Assembly: GCA_964580325.1 (NCBI GenBank)
Contig: CAZOLK010000005.1
Location: forward strand, 1-54,788
Direction: 5' to 3'
Length of the DNA stretch: 54,788 nucleotides
From: an uncultured Verrucomicrobiota bacterium
GTDB lineage: Bacteria; Verrucomicrobiota; Kiritimatiellia; CAYTQP01; CAZOLK01
Shown: positions 8,469 through 18,057 of the stretch, in pieces
Numbering within the stretch: position 1 is the first letter of the stretch
How the letters are laid out: every line of letters begins with the position of its first letter
The notes under the pieces: model-generated
The model's database searches: none
The model's input: the letters and a program-made list of their open reading frames with translations, nothing else
What the model was told of the DNA's origin: nothing
Program-made: the position numbers and the translations under genes

Positions 8469-8567
8469 TGTTAATAAATTGTTAAAAACTCTGTATGTAG
8501 TTGTTAATAACACGCTTTACAACCAATCCGGTAAGGTTATGTACAATGATCGACAACCTGTTAATAA
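8469..8567. promoter_or_regulatory. Three copies of TGTTAATAA in a divergent promoter region (candidate operator sites)
   Basis: Exact 9-mers lie at 8469-8477, 8502-8510 and 8559-8567. They sit in the AT-rich 572-bp gap between the divergently transcribed surface-protein gene and the GH116 gene. Confidence 0.3.
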
Positions 8568-8939
8568 CTTGTGAGTAAATTGCCGGAACGGCATATCAAC
8601 GTGCGCCAAAAATGTAATCAATGATCTTCATCGTGCTCGTAAACAGCATGTTGCATTAATACGACCAAGCTTGTCATCATACTTACACTGCTGTTGTCAA
8701 GTTGCCGTAAGCAGTCAATCCCTGTACCAGGCCTGGAACAGGCTGACAGCCCATGCCTTTAAGATCACGGGAGAAACAAGCACAATACCTTGACTATGAG
8801 CATGATACAAGCGCAGCGCGCTCATCCGAACATCCCCTGCGGCAAAGTCTTCGCGAAAACAGACTTGAACAACGCTGAAAACCTATAAATAATCGTGTTT
8901 CAATTGTACATCGAAGTTTCAAACGCGGGAGACTGAATC

Positions 8940-11468
8940 TTGGCATACAAAGCAACGACAACCAGACAATCCAAACCACGCAGCGGCATAGCCCTTGGCG
9001 GTATCGGCGCCGGGTGGTTCGAACTCCGGCAGGACGGTCAATTCTATGACTGGAATATCTTTAATAATAAACCCCTGTACCTGGGCGCACCTTTTGCCAT
9101 GGACCATGATTCGCTCTTGTTTTTCGTGATCCGTTTTCAGGTTAAAGGGGAGCAACCCAGATTGCGTCTGCTCCAGATCGAAAACAAGTTGGGCGCCGCC
9201 GCCATTCGCGGTCATGAGCACTATTACATCTTTCCCTGGCTCTCGGGTGTAGACCAAATTGATTTTCACGCCACATTCCCGTTCGCCCACCTGACGTATA
9301 CTGACCGCGATATGCCGCTTGCCGTTGAACTAGAGGCTTACACGCCGTTTATTCCACACGATGTCAAGAATTCCTCGTTGCCGGCAGCCATCTTCACTTT
9401 CAATGTGACATCGCAGTGCGACAAGCCGGTGGATGTGTTGCTGATGGCCTGCATGCGCAATGCTGTCGGTTACGATGTGGAAGACAAACTTTACGATCAC
9501 AAGGTAGTTGACGGCAAAGGGTATCGCACGATTGAAATGACGTGTAAACGCTTGCCGCGCAAGCATACTTCGGCCGGCTCCATGGGCTTGACCTCACTGT
9601 CGGGCGCATCCACCTATTACCTTGGCTGGGAGCATCACCACCCCTACTACGAAATCGTTCTGCGCAATCGTAAGCTGCCCAATTTAGACGACACCCAGGG
9701 CCGCAATCCAAAAAATAAAACCACCGACAAGAGCCAGGCCATGTCGCATGCTTATTCAACCATCGCCATGTCCAGAAAACTCAACCAGTCCGGCCATACG
9801 TTGAAACACACGTTTGCCGCAACCTGGCATTTCCCTAACGCTTATGCTCAAGACCCAGGTCCCAGCACACGCGGAAACTGCCGGGCCGCGGAACATATCG
9901 AAGGCCACTATTACGACAATTTTTTCAAATCCTCGAGCGATGTCGCCGCCTATGTCGCCGACCATCACGAGACGCTATACGAAAAAACACGCCATTTCCG
10001 CGAAGCCTTTTATGACAGCAGCCTCGATGAATTCGTACTGGATCAGGTCAATTCCAACCTGAACACCTTTTTCACCAGCAGTTGGCTGACCAAGGCCGGG
10101 CATTTCGGCATCATCGAGGGATTGAACGCCTACCAAAGCTATGCCGGGCTGGCAACGACCGACGTGGCCATGTACGGCAGCGTTTCCTACGCCTCGCTGT
10201 TCCCGGAACTGGCCATGGATGTCATCCGTACGTACCAAAAATTCCAGCACCAACGAGGATCGGTGGCTCATTCCATTCCACGCAATTTCCGCGACATCGG
10301 CGACCGGGAATCCAATCCCAAGCGGTTGGATATGCCGGCGCAGTATGCTTTTATGGCTTTACGCGCCTTTTTCTGGTCCAGCGACAGAAAATACCTCAAG
10401 GAAATCTGGCCCTCGGTCACTAAAGCGCTGGACTATGTGCTGCGCGAACGGGACATGAACAACGACCTACTGCCTGACATGGAAGGCGTGATGTGCTCTT
10501 ACGACAACTTCCCCATGTACGGCGTGGCGTCATACGTGGCCGGCCAGTGGCTGGCGGCTGTGCGCGCGGCCATGGAGGCCGCCCGAATCCTGGGCGACAA
10601 CAAGACGCTGGCTGCCTACGGGCGCGTATTCGAACGCGGTTGCGCAACTTTTGAGCAAAAGCTCTGGAATGGCAAGTATTACCGTCTCTCCAACGACCTT
10701 GAAGGCCCGCACGGTGAAAAAGACGAAGGTTGTTTGACCGATCAGCTCATTGGCCAATGGGCGGCCCACCAGATCGGCATGGGTCATATCTTTTCCGAGG
10801 CTCGGGTCAAAAAAGCGCTGGACCATGTCATGAAGTCCAATTACGTGCCCGAATACGGCCTGCGTAACTGCCAGTGGCCGTGCGATCAGTACTTTCATGA
10901 CGTGTCTGAAACGACATGGGTCGACCAGGCCAACACCTGCTGGACAGGCGTGGAACTGGGCTTTGCTTCGTTTCTCATTTACGAAGGCTTGCTCGAACAC
11001 GGACTGGAAGTCATCCGCAACGTTGACGAGCGTTACCGGCATTGGGGCATCTACTGGGATCACCAGGAATTTGGCGGGCATTACTTCCGTCCCATGTCAG
11101 CCTGGGCCATTATCCATGCCGCGCTCGGATTATCGATCTGCGACCAGGTCTACACGTTTGCGCCTAAAATCCCGGGCGACGACATCAAGCTGTTCTTCGC
11201 TTTTCACGGCGGATACGGCCATTATATACGTCAAATCGAAGAGGATGGCGCCCGCATTATCCTGCGCGCCTTGTCCGGTGCATTGACCTTGCGCAAAATG
11301 ATCACCACTATCGATGATCCGGAAAAAGTCACCTGCCTGACTATTGCCGGAGTGGAGGTCGAAGAAGAGGACTACGATGCCCAGGCCACGGACCACGGGA
11401 TTGAAATCGAATTCGATCCAGCCGTGGTGATCGATGACGGGCAAGCTCTGGAAATCGTGATCTGCTAA
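8940..11468 (+). CDS. GH116-family glycoside hydrolase (GBA2-type beta-glucosidase/glucosylceramidase-like)
   Basis: 842 aa, TTG start with GGGAGA 7 nt upstream. The N-terminal GIALGGIGAGWFELRQDG block and overall size and architecture match GH116 proteins as I remember them. Confidence 0.8.
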   Translation: MAYKATTTRQSKPRSGIALGGIGAGWFELRQDGQFYDWNIFNNKPLYLGAPFAMDHDSLLFFVIRFQVKGEQPRLRLLQIENKLGAAAIRGHEHYYIFPWLSGVDQIDFHATFPFAHLTYTDRDMPLAVELEAYTPFIPHDVKNSSLPAAIFTFNVTSQCDKPVDVLLMACMRNAVGYDVEDKLYDHKVVDGKGYRTIEMTCKRLPRKHTSAGSMGLTSLSGASTYYLGWEHHHPYYEIVLRNRKLPNLDDTQGRNPKNKTTDKSQAMSHAYSTIAMSRKLNQSGHTLKHTFAATWHFPNAYAQDPGPSTRGNCRAAEHIEGHYYDNFFKSSSDVAAYVADHHETLYEKTRHFREAFYDSSLDEFVLDQVNSNLNTFFTSSWLTKAGHFGIIEGLNAYQSYAGLATTDVAMYGSVSYASLFPELAMDVIRTYQKFQHQRGSVAHSIPRNFRDIGDRESNPKRLDMPAQYAFMALRAFFWSSDRKYLKEIWPSVTKALDYVLRERDMNNDLLPDMEGVMCSYDNFPMYGVASYVAGQWLAAVRAAMEAARILGDNKTLAAYGRVFERGCATFEQKLWNGKYYRLSNDLEGPHGEKDEGCLTDQLIGQWAAHQIGMGHIFSEARVKKALDHVMKSNYVPEYGLRNCQWPCDQYFHDVSETTWVDQANTCWTGVELGFASFLIYEGLLEHGLEVIRNVDERYRHWGIYWDHQEFGGHYFRPMSAWAIIHAALGLSICDQVYTFAPKIPGDDIKLFFAFHGGYGHYIRQIEEDGARIILRALSGALTLRKMITTIDDPEKVTCLTIAGVEVEEEDYDAQATDHGIEIEFDPAVVIDDGQALEIVIC

Positions 11469-11528
11469 AGGCTATTTCGGATTGCGGATTTGGGATTGGA
11501 TTAGTAGCCATCCGATCCGTTTGCATGA

Positions 11529-11560
11529 TCCCCTGTGGGGTTTGACTCCGCCACGGGGGA
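11529..11560. terminator. Hairpin between convergent genes (terminator-like, no U-tract)
   Basis: tcccctgtgg (11529-11538) pairs with ccacggggga (11551-11560): 10 bp including one G-U, with a 12-nt loop. It lies between the GH116 stop (11468) and the speB stop (11597). Confidence 0.3.
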
Positions 11561-11596
11561 GACTCATGCAAATATACAAACTCCAGCGTGAAATCG

Positions 11597-12469
11597 TTAA
11601 ACCATTCCCATTATGGCATAACACAGTTTGGCCGCGGTATAATCGGCTGCGTGAAAGCGGGGAATAGGCGCCAGTTCGACCACGTCAAACCCCAGGATAT
11701 GGCGCTGCCGGGCGATCAGCTTCAACAAGTGCATGGCTTGCGTCCAGGTCAATCCTCCAGGTTCCGGCGTGCCGGTGGCCGGCATCAAACCGCAGTCCAA
11801 AGCATCCACGTCAAACGTGACATATACATCGCGCGGGAAACCTGGCGGCGGAAAGGTGTCTGGCAAGCCTTTCCCATGTAAATCCGCGGCATCAAGCATC
11901 TGGATGCCGGTTTTTCGGCGAAAACAATCCTCTTCATAGCTCAAGCAGCGAACACCCGCCTGGACAATGGGCAGGCCCAATTCATGGACGCGTCGCATAA
12001 CGCAAGCGTGGCTCAAATGTGAGCCCTCATACGTGTCGCGCAAATCCGCATGAGCATCGAACTGAATCACGCCCACGGGACTGAGATGCCGGACAAATGC
12101 ACGAAGAGCGCCCAAGGTAATGGTGTGCTCCCCTCCAAGCATCACGGGCAAGGCATGATGTTCCAGAATGCCGGAGACCGAGGCCGTGATCCTTTCCAGC
12201 ACTTCTTCGCCGGTTCCCTGACAATCCAATGCCGGATGCGTGTAAAGGCCGCGATCAGCCGGCATGTTCCGGCCGTCAAACTTTTCCAACTGCTGCGATG
12301 CTTCCAGAATGGCGCGCGGGCCGAGTGCAGCGCCCGTGCCATAGGAAACCGTTTTTTCGTACGGTACAGGCAAAATATGAAAGAACGCCGCGTCAGCCGA
12401 CGCCGGCGCTGACTCGGAAGCTAGAAAATCGGGACAGGTTTTATCCGTATTCATGTCATGCATCAACAT
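11597..12469 (-). CDS. speB: Agmatinase (ureohydrolase/arginase family)
   Basis: 290 aa with the ureohydrolase Mn-site motif set: GGEHTIT, QFDAHADLRD, TFDVDALDCG, VELAP. Its start overlaps the upstream transporter stop (ATGTTGA). Confidence 0.85.
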   Translation of the reverse strand: MLMHDMNTDKTCPDFLASESAPASADAAFFHILPVPYEKTVSYGTGAALGPRAILEASQQLEKFDGRNMPADRGLYTHPALDCQGTGEEVLERITASVSGILEHHALPVMLGGEHTITLGALRAFVRHLSPVGVIQFDAHADLRDTYEGSHLSHACVMRRVHELGLPIVQAGVRCLSYEEDCFRRKTGIQMLDAADLHGKGLPDTFPPPGFPRDVYVTFDVDALDCGLMPATGTPEPGGLTWTQAMHLLKLIARQRHILGFDVVELAPIPRFHAADYTAAKLCYAIMGMV

Positions 12470-13764
12470 TCAGGGCATGGACGAGTCGATTTCACGGGCG
12501 CTATCCGGGCAACCAGCGCTGCCGACGCACAATTGCCGTAAATATTCACCGCGGTCAAAATCGGGTCAATGATCGGATGGATGGCGGTGAGCAAGATAAT
12601 GCTGACCACAACGGGCAAGCCAAAGGGTTCCAGCACAATGGCGATCATCGAAATCGCCGCCATACCGGGCGCGCTTGAAGCAGCCACACCCGCCAACAAA
12701 GCATAAAACGTGATGCCCAAGTAACCCAATCCGGACAAAGGCACATCGTAAAGCTGACACATAAATACAGCCATGAGCGCGAAACAGACGATGTTGCCAT
12801 GCGGATTCAGATTAATGCCTAGGGGAATCACCAGGTCCATCGTTTCCTTCTCAAAGCGTAAATCCTTGTGCAATGCCTGAAGAGCAAAAGGCAATGCTGC
12901 GAAACTGCTGGATGCGCCAACGGCCACGAGCAATGCGCGTTTCATGGCCATAAACGATTGCAGGAATGGCATGCCGCAACGCAACCAGATTACAACGGCA
13001 TAGATCAACAGCAACAAGAAACAAATCAGGTACATCAGCAGAATCAGCTTAAACAAGGCCATGAAAATGCCGGCACCGATCACGGATATCTGATCGGCAA
13101 ACAGAAACATCAGGCCGAAGGGCAGCCCGTACATCATCCAACCCAGCAATTTCAACAGGGCTTCGTAAGAGGCGTCGGCAAAAGAAAGCACGATATCGCG
13201 GTCAGCGCTGGTCAACGTACCTAGGGCAATGCCGATCAACACGCAAAAAAAAAGGATCGGCAGGGTCTTACCCTCGCTGATCGCCTGGAACACGTTGCAC
13301 GGGATCATTTCCATGACGAAATCGAAGCCATCTTTCATCCCACCTGAGGTGGACAAGGCCGAGGAAGACTGTTCGATTTCCATTTCCACAATCTCACGAC
13401 CCAGCAATGCTTTTTGATCCTGGGTCAGATTGGCTCCGGGACGCCCAACCAATCCCGTCAGAGCACCGAGAAAACTGACGATCAACATGCCGAAAACAAA
13501 GACCATGACCAGGCGAGAAAGGTACGAATTGGCCTTGCCGGAACGCAGCAGATTGCCCACGCTGGAAACGACGGCAGCGATCATAATCGGCAGCACACAC
13601 ATCTGCAGCAGGCCAAGATAAATAGCGCCGGGCTTTTTCATGGCCGCGGCGAGCGGCTTATGCGCAATGCCAATGTATACGCCTGCCAGGATTCCAGCGA
13701 TGACAACCAGTGGATGCAGTAGGAAAGCGCCACATATAGCTAAAAAAGAAAACTTCTGTTTCAT
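12463..13764 (-). CDS. Dicarboxylate/amino acid:cation symporter (DAACS, PF00375) family transporter
   Basis: 433 aa and polytopic. It has a DAACS-like N-terminus (YLGLLQMCVLPIMIAAVVSS) and the serine-rich HP1-type motif GASSSFAALP. Its ATG overlaps the upstream stop (ATGA). Confidence 0.8.
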   Translation of the reverse strand: MKQKFSFLAICGAFLLHPLVVIAGILAGVYIGIAHKPLAAAMKKPGAIYLGLLQMCVLPIMIAAVVSSVGNLLRSGKANSYLSRLVMVFVFGMLIVSFLGALTGLVGRPGANLTQDQKALLGREIVEMEIEQSSSALSTSGGMKDGFDFVMEMIPCNVFQAISEGKTLPILFFCVLIGIALGTLTSADRDIVLSFADASYEALLKLLGWMMYGLPFGLMFLFADQISVIGAGIFMALFKLILLMYLICFLLLLIYAVVIWLRCGMPFLQSFMAMKRALLVAVGASSSFAALPFALQALHKDLRFEKETMDLVIPLGINLNPHGNIVCFALMAVFMCQLYDVPLSGLGYLGITFYALLAGVAASSAPGMAAISMIAIVLEPFGLPVVVSIILLTAIHPIIDPILTAVNIYGNCASAALVARIAPVKSTRPCPEC

Positions 13765-14687
13765 TTCCCGTTCTCCTTGATTTCAGGCTTTTTGCTCCAC
13801 GCGTCCGATTCGATATAAAATTCGTTCAATGCTTTGAGCCGGCCAGTGGCTTCCAGGGTTTCAAGGTGCAGATTCAACCAATAAAGCAAATGCGTATCGC
13901 GCCAATGCACGGCAATAGCGATTGGATCCTCCTTATCGTGCAGAATTTTGGGCTGGACATAAAGCATCTCCTGTGGATTGTTCTGCACCCAGTCGTTGAT
14001 CGTGTAATCGTCGAAGATAGCGGCGTGAATTCTCCCCTTAACGACCTCCTGCACAGCCTGATCCCAATCGTCGTATTGCAGCAATTGAACCTTTGGATAA
14101 TAACGTTGTGAAAATTCTACATAAGAACTCTGTTTGATGGTACCCAACAGCGTATCGGATGCCTGTAGCAATAGGTCAACATTACGATTAATATCTACAC
14201 GAGAAGTTTTCAATCGATTAACTACTAATCCTTGATAGAATTTGAGGTAGGGTTTTGTGAATTGAACTTTCAAAGCTCTCTTCTGCGTGGCGCTCAAGCA
14301 AGACAGGCCGATATCGGCCTGACCTGCCGCCACGATATCGACGACTTGATCATAGGTGAGAGCGTTGCGCTGGAACTCCGGTTTCACGTTCAGCGCCTCG
14401 GCGATGCTACGGGCCAGATCGACATCAAACCCGTAAAAAAAGCCTTTTTCATCGTGCATGAACATGGGGGCGGAATCCTCATGCAGCATGGCAACCACAA
14501 TACTCCCACGTTCGACGATCCGGCGCATATCCGTGGAAAGCGTCGCGGTATTCGTGATGAGATTTCCCGCAACAACCGGACTGACCAGGGTCAGTGCAAC
14601 CCAGACGCCAATCCAGCTCGCGCCGCATATTTGTAATGCGTTGTGCCATTTTGCTTTCATAATGCCTTCCATGATGAGGTTATACAA
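13761..14687 (-). CDS. Periplasmic solute-binding protein, family 3 (amino-acid-binding type)
   Basis: 308 aa with an N-terminal signal or anchor (ICGASWIGVWVALTLVSPVVA). The SBP_bac_3 pattern is present: IVVAM..APMFMHD..GFFYGFDVDLARSIAEAL.., DIGLSCLSAT..R...V.FTKPY. Confidence 0.8.
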   Translation of the reverse strand: MYNLIMEGIMKAKWHNALQICGASWIGVWVALTLVSPVVAGNLITNTATLSTDMRRIVERGSIVVAMLHEDSAPMFMHDEKGFFYGFDVDLARSIAEALNVKPEFQRNALTYDQVVDIVAAGQADIGLSCLSATQKRALKVQFTKPYLKFYQGLVVNRLKTSRVDINRNVDLLLQASDTLLGTIKQSSYVEFSQRYYPKVQLLQYDDWDQAVQEVVKGRIHAAIFDDYTINDWVQNNPQEMLYVQPKILHDKEDPIAIAVHWRDTHLLYWLNLHLETLEATGRLKALNEFYIESDAWSKKPEIKENGK

Positions 14688-14863
14688 ATTCAGCCATCAC
14701 TCTCTATATAAAGAACCTGTATCCGTAAAACCCGATCGTTATGCATAATTTTCTATATTTAATCAAAAAAAAGTTTGCATTAACCATTCAAATTTCTCTT
14801 AATACAACCAGATTGCTTGAAAACGCAAAACATTGAATATCCATCAGGATAAGGAGCATAATT

Positions 14864-15385
14864 ATGGCAGATAAAAAAGAAAATGTAAAGACCGCGACTC
14901 CCGAAAGCGTTCCTCAAGAACGCATGGAAGCCAATAATATTATTAAAAACAACGTAATCGCATCCATGGGGCTGGGTATTGTACCCATCTTTTTGTTCGA
15001 TTTCGCGGCGATCACAGCAGTACAAATCAGAATGTTGTACAAGATATGCAAATTGTACAACATACCGTTCGCCGAAGACCGCGTGCGCATCATTCTGGGT
15101 TCTCTGCTGGGCGGCGTCATGCCTATGGCATTCTCGCTTCCTCTGGCCAGCCTATTGAAGATCATCCCTGTCGTCGGCCCTATGTACGCAGCCGCGTCCA
15201 TGCCCCTGATAGCCGGCGCTTCGACATACGCCATCGGACAGACGTTTGTCGTTCATTTCGAAAAGGGCGGCACCCTGTTCGATTTCAACGGCTCCAAGTT
15301 CAAAGAGTGCTTTAAAGAAAAGTTTGAAGAAGGCAAACAGGTCGTAACCGAAGCCCAGAAATCAACGACCAAGGCAACAGCTTAA
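14864..15385 (+). CDS. DUF697-family membrane protein (paralogue 1)
   Basis: 173 aa. The blocks AAITAVQIRMLYKICKLYNIPF.., IIPVVGPMYAAASMPLIAGASTYAIGQTFVVHFEKGG are roughly 45 percent identical by eye to 19587..20207. The DUF697 assignment is from memory. Confidence 0.7.
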   Translation: MADKKENVKTATPESVPQERMEANNIIKNNVIASMGLGIVPIFLFDFAAITAVQIRMLYKICKLYNIPFAEDRVRIILGSLLGGVMPMAFSLPLASLLKIIPVVGPMYAAASMPLIAGASTYAIGQTFVVHFEKGGTLFDFNGSKFKECFKEKFEEGKQVVTEAQKSTTKATA

Positions 15386-15438
15386 ACCAAAGCATGAGCT
15401 TTTTTTGTGGCATTCGCCAGCCGCAATGCTTTGACAGC

Positions 15439-15480
15439 AAGGGGCATCGCCCGGAAGTTCCGCGATGGTGCCCCTTTTGC
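15439..15480 (+). terminator. Rho-independent terminator after the DUF697 paralogue 1 gene
   Basis: aaggggcatcgc (15439-15450) pairs with gcgatggtgcccctt (15462-15476), with one 3-nt bulge. A ttttgcttactttt tract follows. Confidence 0.6.
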
Positions 15481-15532
15481 TTACTTTTCAGCTTTTCATT
15501 TCAATACGCTTCTTTCATAATCAACATCCACT

Positions 15533-17179
15533 ATGCAATTAGTTCAATTCCTAAGAAAAGAATCCACGGACTGCTGGCGCACCATTGCGATTATGGCAGT
15601 CATTTCAGGCATTGCCAACGGCGTGTTGTTGGCCGTAATCAATGCTGGCAGCACCGCTGCTTCTCAGGATGAAACCTCGATCCGCTATTTGGTCCTTTTC
15701 ATTATCGCCATGGCTGTTTTCATCCTGGCAAAAAAACACGCCTTGACACGCTGCACCATTGTCGTGGAATACATGATCAAGCAAGTACGGCTGCGCATAT
15801 CCGATAAGATCCGCCATTCGGAACTGTCCCTGGTGGAAAATCTTGGCCGCGGCGATCTGTACACCAAGCTGTCGCAAGATGCCAACACCATTTCACAATC
15901 CGCATTCATGATTATCAATGCCGCCCAGGAATCGATCATGCTGGTTTTCGCCGCCTTATATCTGGCTTGGCTGTCCAAAACCGCCTTCCTGATCATCGCC
16001 GCTTCCATTATCGCCGCCATCTTTATTTATATGCAGCACCGCAAGACGATCCTGGCCGATTACTGCGCCATGACCCAACGCGAAGCCTCCTTTCTGGATT
16101 CGCTGGGCCACATCATCGATGGCTTTAAGGAAATAAGGATCAACCGACGAAAAAACGACGCCCTCTTTGAAGCATTCAGCGATATTACCCATGAAACCAT
16201 GGATCTGAAAATCAGGGTGAACCTGCGCTTTATCCTCGATGTCATGTTCTCGCAGGTCTTCTTTTATACGCTCATTGCGGTTATCATTTTTCTCTTGCCG
16301 CGCCTGATTCCGACCTACAGCGACGTGGTTGTTAAAGTGACGGCCAGCATTCTCTTCATCATCGGACCGCTTGAAATGATCGTCAACACATCACCCATGA
16401 TCGCCCGTTCCAATGTGGCTCTGGAACAGATGTACAATCTGGAAGCACAACTGGATGCCAGCCTTGATCGTGTTTCCACAAAAGCAGCACGGGAACCGGT
16501 GCCTGATTTCAGCAATTTCCGCCAGATTCGGATGAAGGAAATCAGCTTCAGCTATCTTGCTCCCGATGGAACACCCACCTTTACCCTCGGCCCGCTAAAC
16601 ATCAGCATTGAACGCGGTGAAACCCTTTTTCTTCTCGGCGGCAATGGCAGCGGCAAGACCACCATGCTGAAACTGCTCTGCGGACTGTATCATGCCAAAG
16701 CCGGTTGCATTGAAATGGATGGTAAAACACTGGATGGCGACGATATGGCTGCCTATCGTGAATTGTTCTCCGTTATCTTCAGCGATTTTCACTTGTTTGA
16801 CAGGCTCTATGGACTGGAAGAAACAGATCCGCGCAAAGTACGCGCCTTGATCCACGAAATGGAACTGGATGGAAAAACCCAGTATCTTGACGGCCGTTTC
16901 ACCAACATCAACCTTTCCACTGGTCAGCGTAAGCGCTTGGCCATGATCGCGGCGCTGCTGGAGAACAAAAGCATCTGTATTTTCGATGAATGGGCCGCTG
17001 ACCAAGACCCGCATTTCCGCGAAATCTTCTACCGGAAAATTTTGAAAAACTTGAAAACACAGGGCAAAACAATAATTGCAGTCACCCATGACGATCGCTA
17101 CTGGTCATTGGCCGATCGTGTGATAAAACTGGATTTCGGCAAACCGGTAAAACAGACACCGGATACCGCTAAAGGATAG
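15533..17179 (+). CDS. Cyclic-peptide export ABC transporter (SyrD/PvdE/YojI family, fused TMD-NBD)
   Basis: 548 aa. Walker A GGNGSGKTT, signature LSTGQRKRLA, Walker B ICIFDEWAADQDP. The DEWAADQDP variant and the N-terminal MQLVQFLRKES..ISGIANGVLLAVIN are characteristic of TIGR01194-type exporters. Confidence 0.85.
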   Translation: MQLVQFLRKESTDCWRTIAIMAVISGIANGVLLAVINAGSTAASQDETSIRYLVLFIIAMAVFILAKKHALTRCTIVVEYMIKQVRLRISDKIRHSELSLVENLGRGDLYTKLSQDANTISQSAFMIINAAQESIMLVFAALYLAWLSKTAFLIIAASIIAAIFIYMQHRKTILADYCAMTQREASFLDSLGHIIDGFKEIRINRRKNDALFEAFSDITHETMDLKIRVNLRFILDVMFSQVFFYTLIAVIIFLLPRLIPTYSDVVVKVTASILFIIGPLEMIVNTSPMIARSNVALEQMYNLEAQLDASLDRVSTKAAREPVPDFSNFRQIRMKEISFSYLAPDGTPTFTLGPLNISIERGETLFLLGGNGSGKTTMLKLLCGLYHAKAGCIEMDGKTLDGDDMAAYRELFSVIFSDFHLFDRLYGLEETDPRKVRALIHEMELDGKTQYLDGRFTNINLSTGQRKRLAMIAALLENKSICIFDEWAADQDPHFREIFYRKILKNLKTQGKTIIAVTHDDRYWSLADRVIKLDFGKPVKQTPDTAKG

Positions 17180-17184
17180 GATGC

Positions 17185-18042
17185 ATGAAACTGTTCAATA
17201 AAAAAATAGGCATTCGTTTCAAGTACGGCTTGCGCAGCGTTATGCCGCATATCCTTATTTTCGTTCTGATTCTGCTTTTTTTCATCATCTATCTGGCGCC
17301 CTACATCTTCATCACCGTTCGCGCAGGTGAATCAGCCGTACTCTGGCGCCGCTTTTTTGGCGGCACTGAAACCGACAGGGTTTATGGCGAGGGATGGCAC
17401 ATGATCTGGCCCTGGGACAAGATGACCATTTACAACGTTCGCATTCAGGAGGTGCGACCGTCCATAGATGTGCTAACCAAGCGCGGTCTGAAAATAAATT
17501 TGCTCATTTCCATTCGCTATCATCCGGAACGCGATATTCTGGGCGTACTGCACCAGCGCGTAGGAACCAATTATGTCGATAAAATCGTGATTCCGGAAGT
17601 CGAATCCACGTTGCGTACCACCATCGGCACACTTGAAATCGACGAAGTTTACGGCACTAAGCGCACCATGCTGCATCAGATTCTCAACGAGGCTCTGGAA
17701 CAAGTAACCCGCAGTTATGTCAAAATCGACGACGTCATCATTCGTAAAGTGGAACTGCCCGACTTCATCAAAAAGGCTATAGAAGCCAAACTCGAGCAAA
17801 AACAGTTGTCGGAAGCGTATGAATTCAAACTCGAACGGGAACGTAAAGAAGCCGAACGCAAGGAAATCGAAGCCAGCGGCTATGCCCGGTACAACCAGAT
17901 CATCACCGTCTCACTCAACGATCAACTGCTGAAATGGCAGGGAATCCAGGCTACGCGCGAACTCGCTTCGTCAACCAATGCCAAGGTTGTGGTCATCGGT
18001 AACGGCCCCAAAGGGCTTCCTGTCATTCTCGGCGGACAATAA
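17185..18042 (+). CDS. SPFH/band-7 (prohibitin-like) membrane protein
   Basis: 285 aa with an N-terminal TM helix followed by an SPFH core (GEGWHMIWPWDKMTIYNVRIQE.., IDDVIIRKVELPDFIKKAIEAKLEQKQLSEAYEFKLERERKEAERKEIEASG). It starts 5 nt after the ABC gene stop. Confidence 0.85.
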   Translation: MKLFNKKIGIRFKYGLRSVMPHILIFVLILLFFIIYLAPYIFITVRAGESAVLWRRFFGGTETDRVYGEGWHMIWPWDKMTIYNVRIQEVRPSIDVLTKRGLKINLLISIRYHPERDILGVLHQRVGTNYVDKIVIPEVESTLRTTIGTLEIDEVYGTKRTMLHQILNEALEQVTRSYVKIDDVIIRKVELPDFIKKAIEAKLEQKQLSEAYEFKLERERKEAERKEIEASGYARYNQIITVSLNDQLLKWQGIQATRELASSTNAKVVVIGNGPKGLPVILGGQ

Positions 18043-18057
18043 ACGGATGAAACGTAC

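Noticed and set aside
10530-11081. 183-aa minus-strand ORF inside the GH116 gene
   Set aside because: It is fully nested antisense to a well-supported long gene and has no motif.
11476-11500. gattgcg-type short direct repeats (cggattgcggatttgggattgg). Similar strings occur at 4193-4215 and 4391-4425.
   Set aside because: The copies are very short and degenerate, only a few are present, and there is no consistent spacing or structure. I could not separate them from chance or low-complexity sequence by eye.
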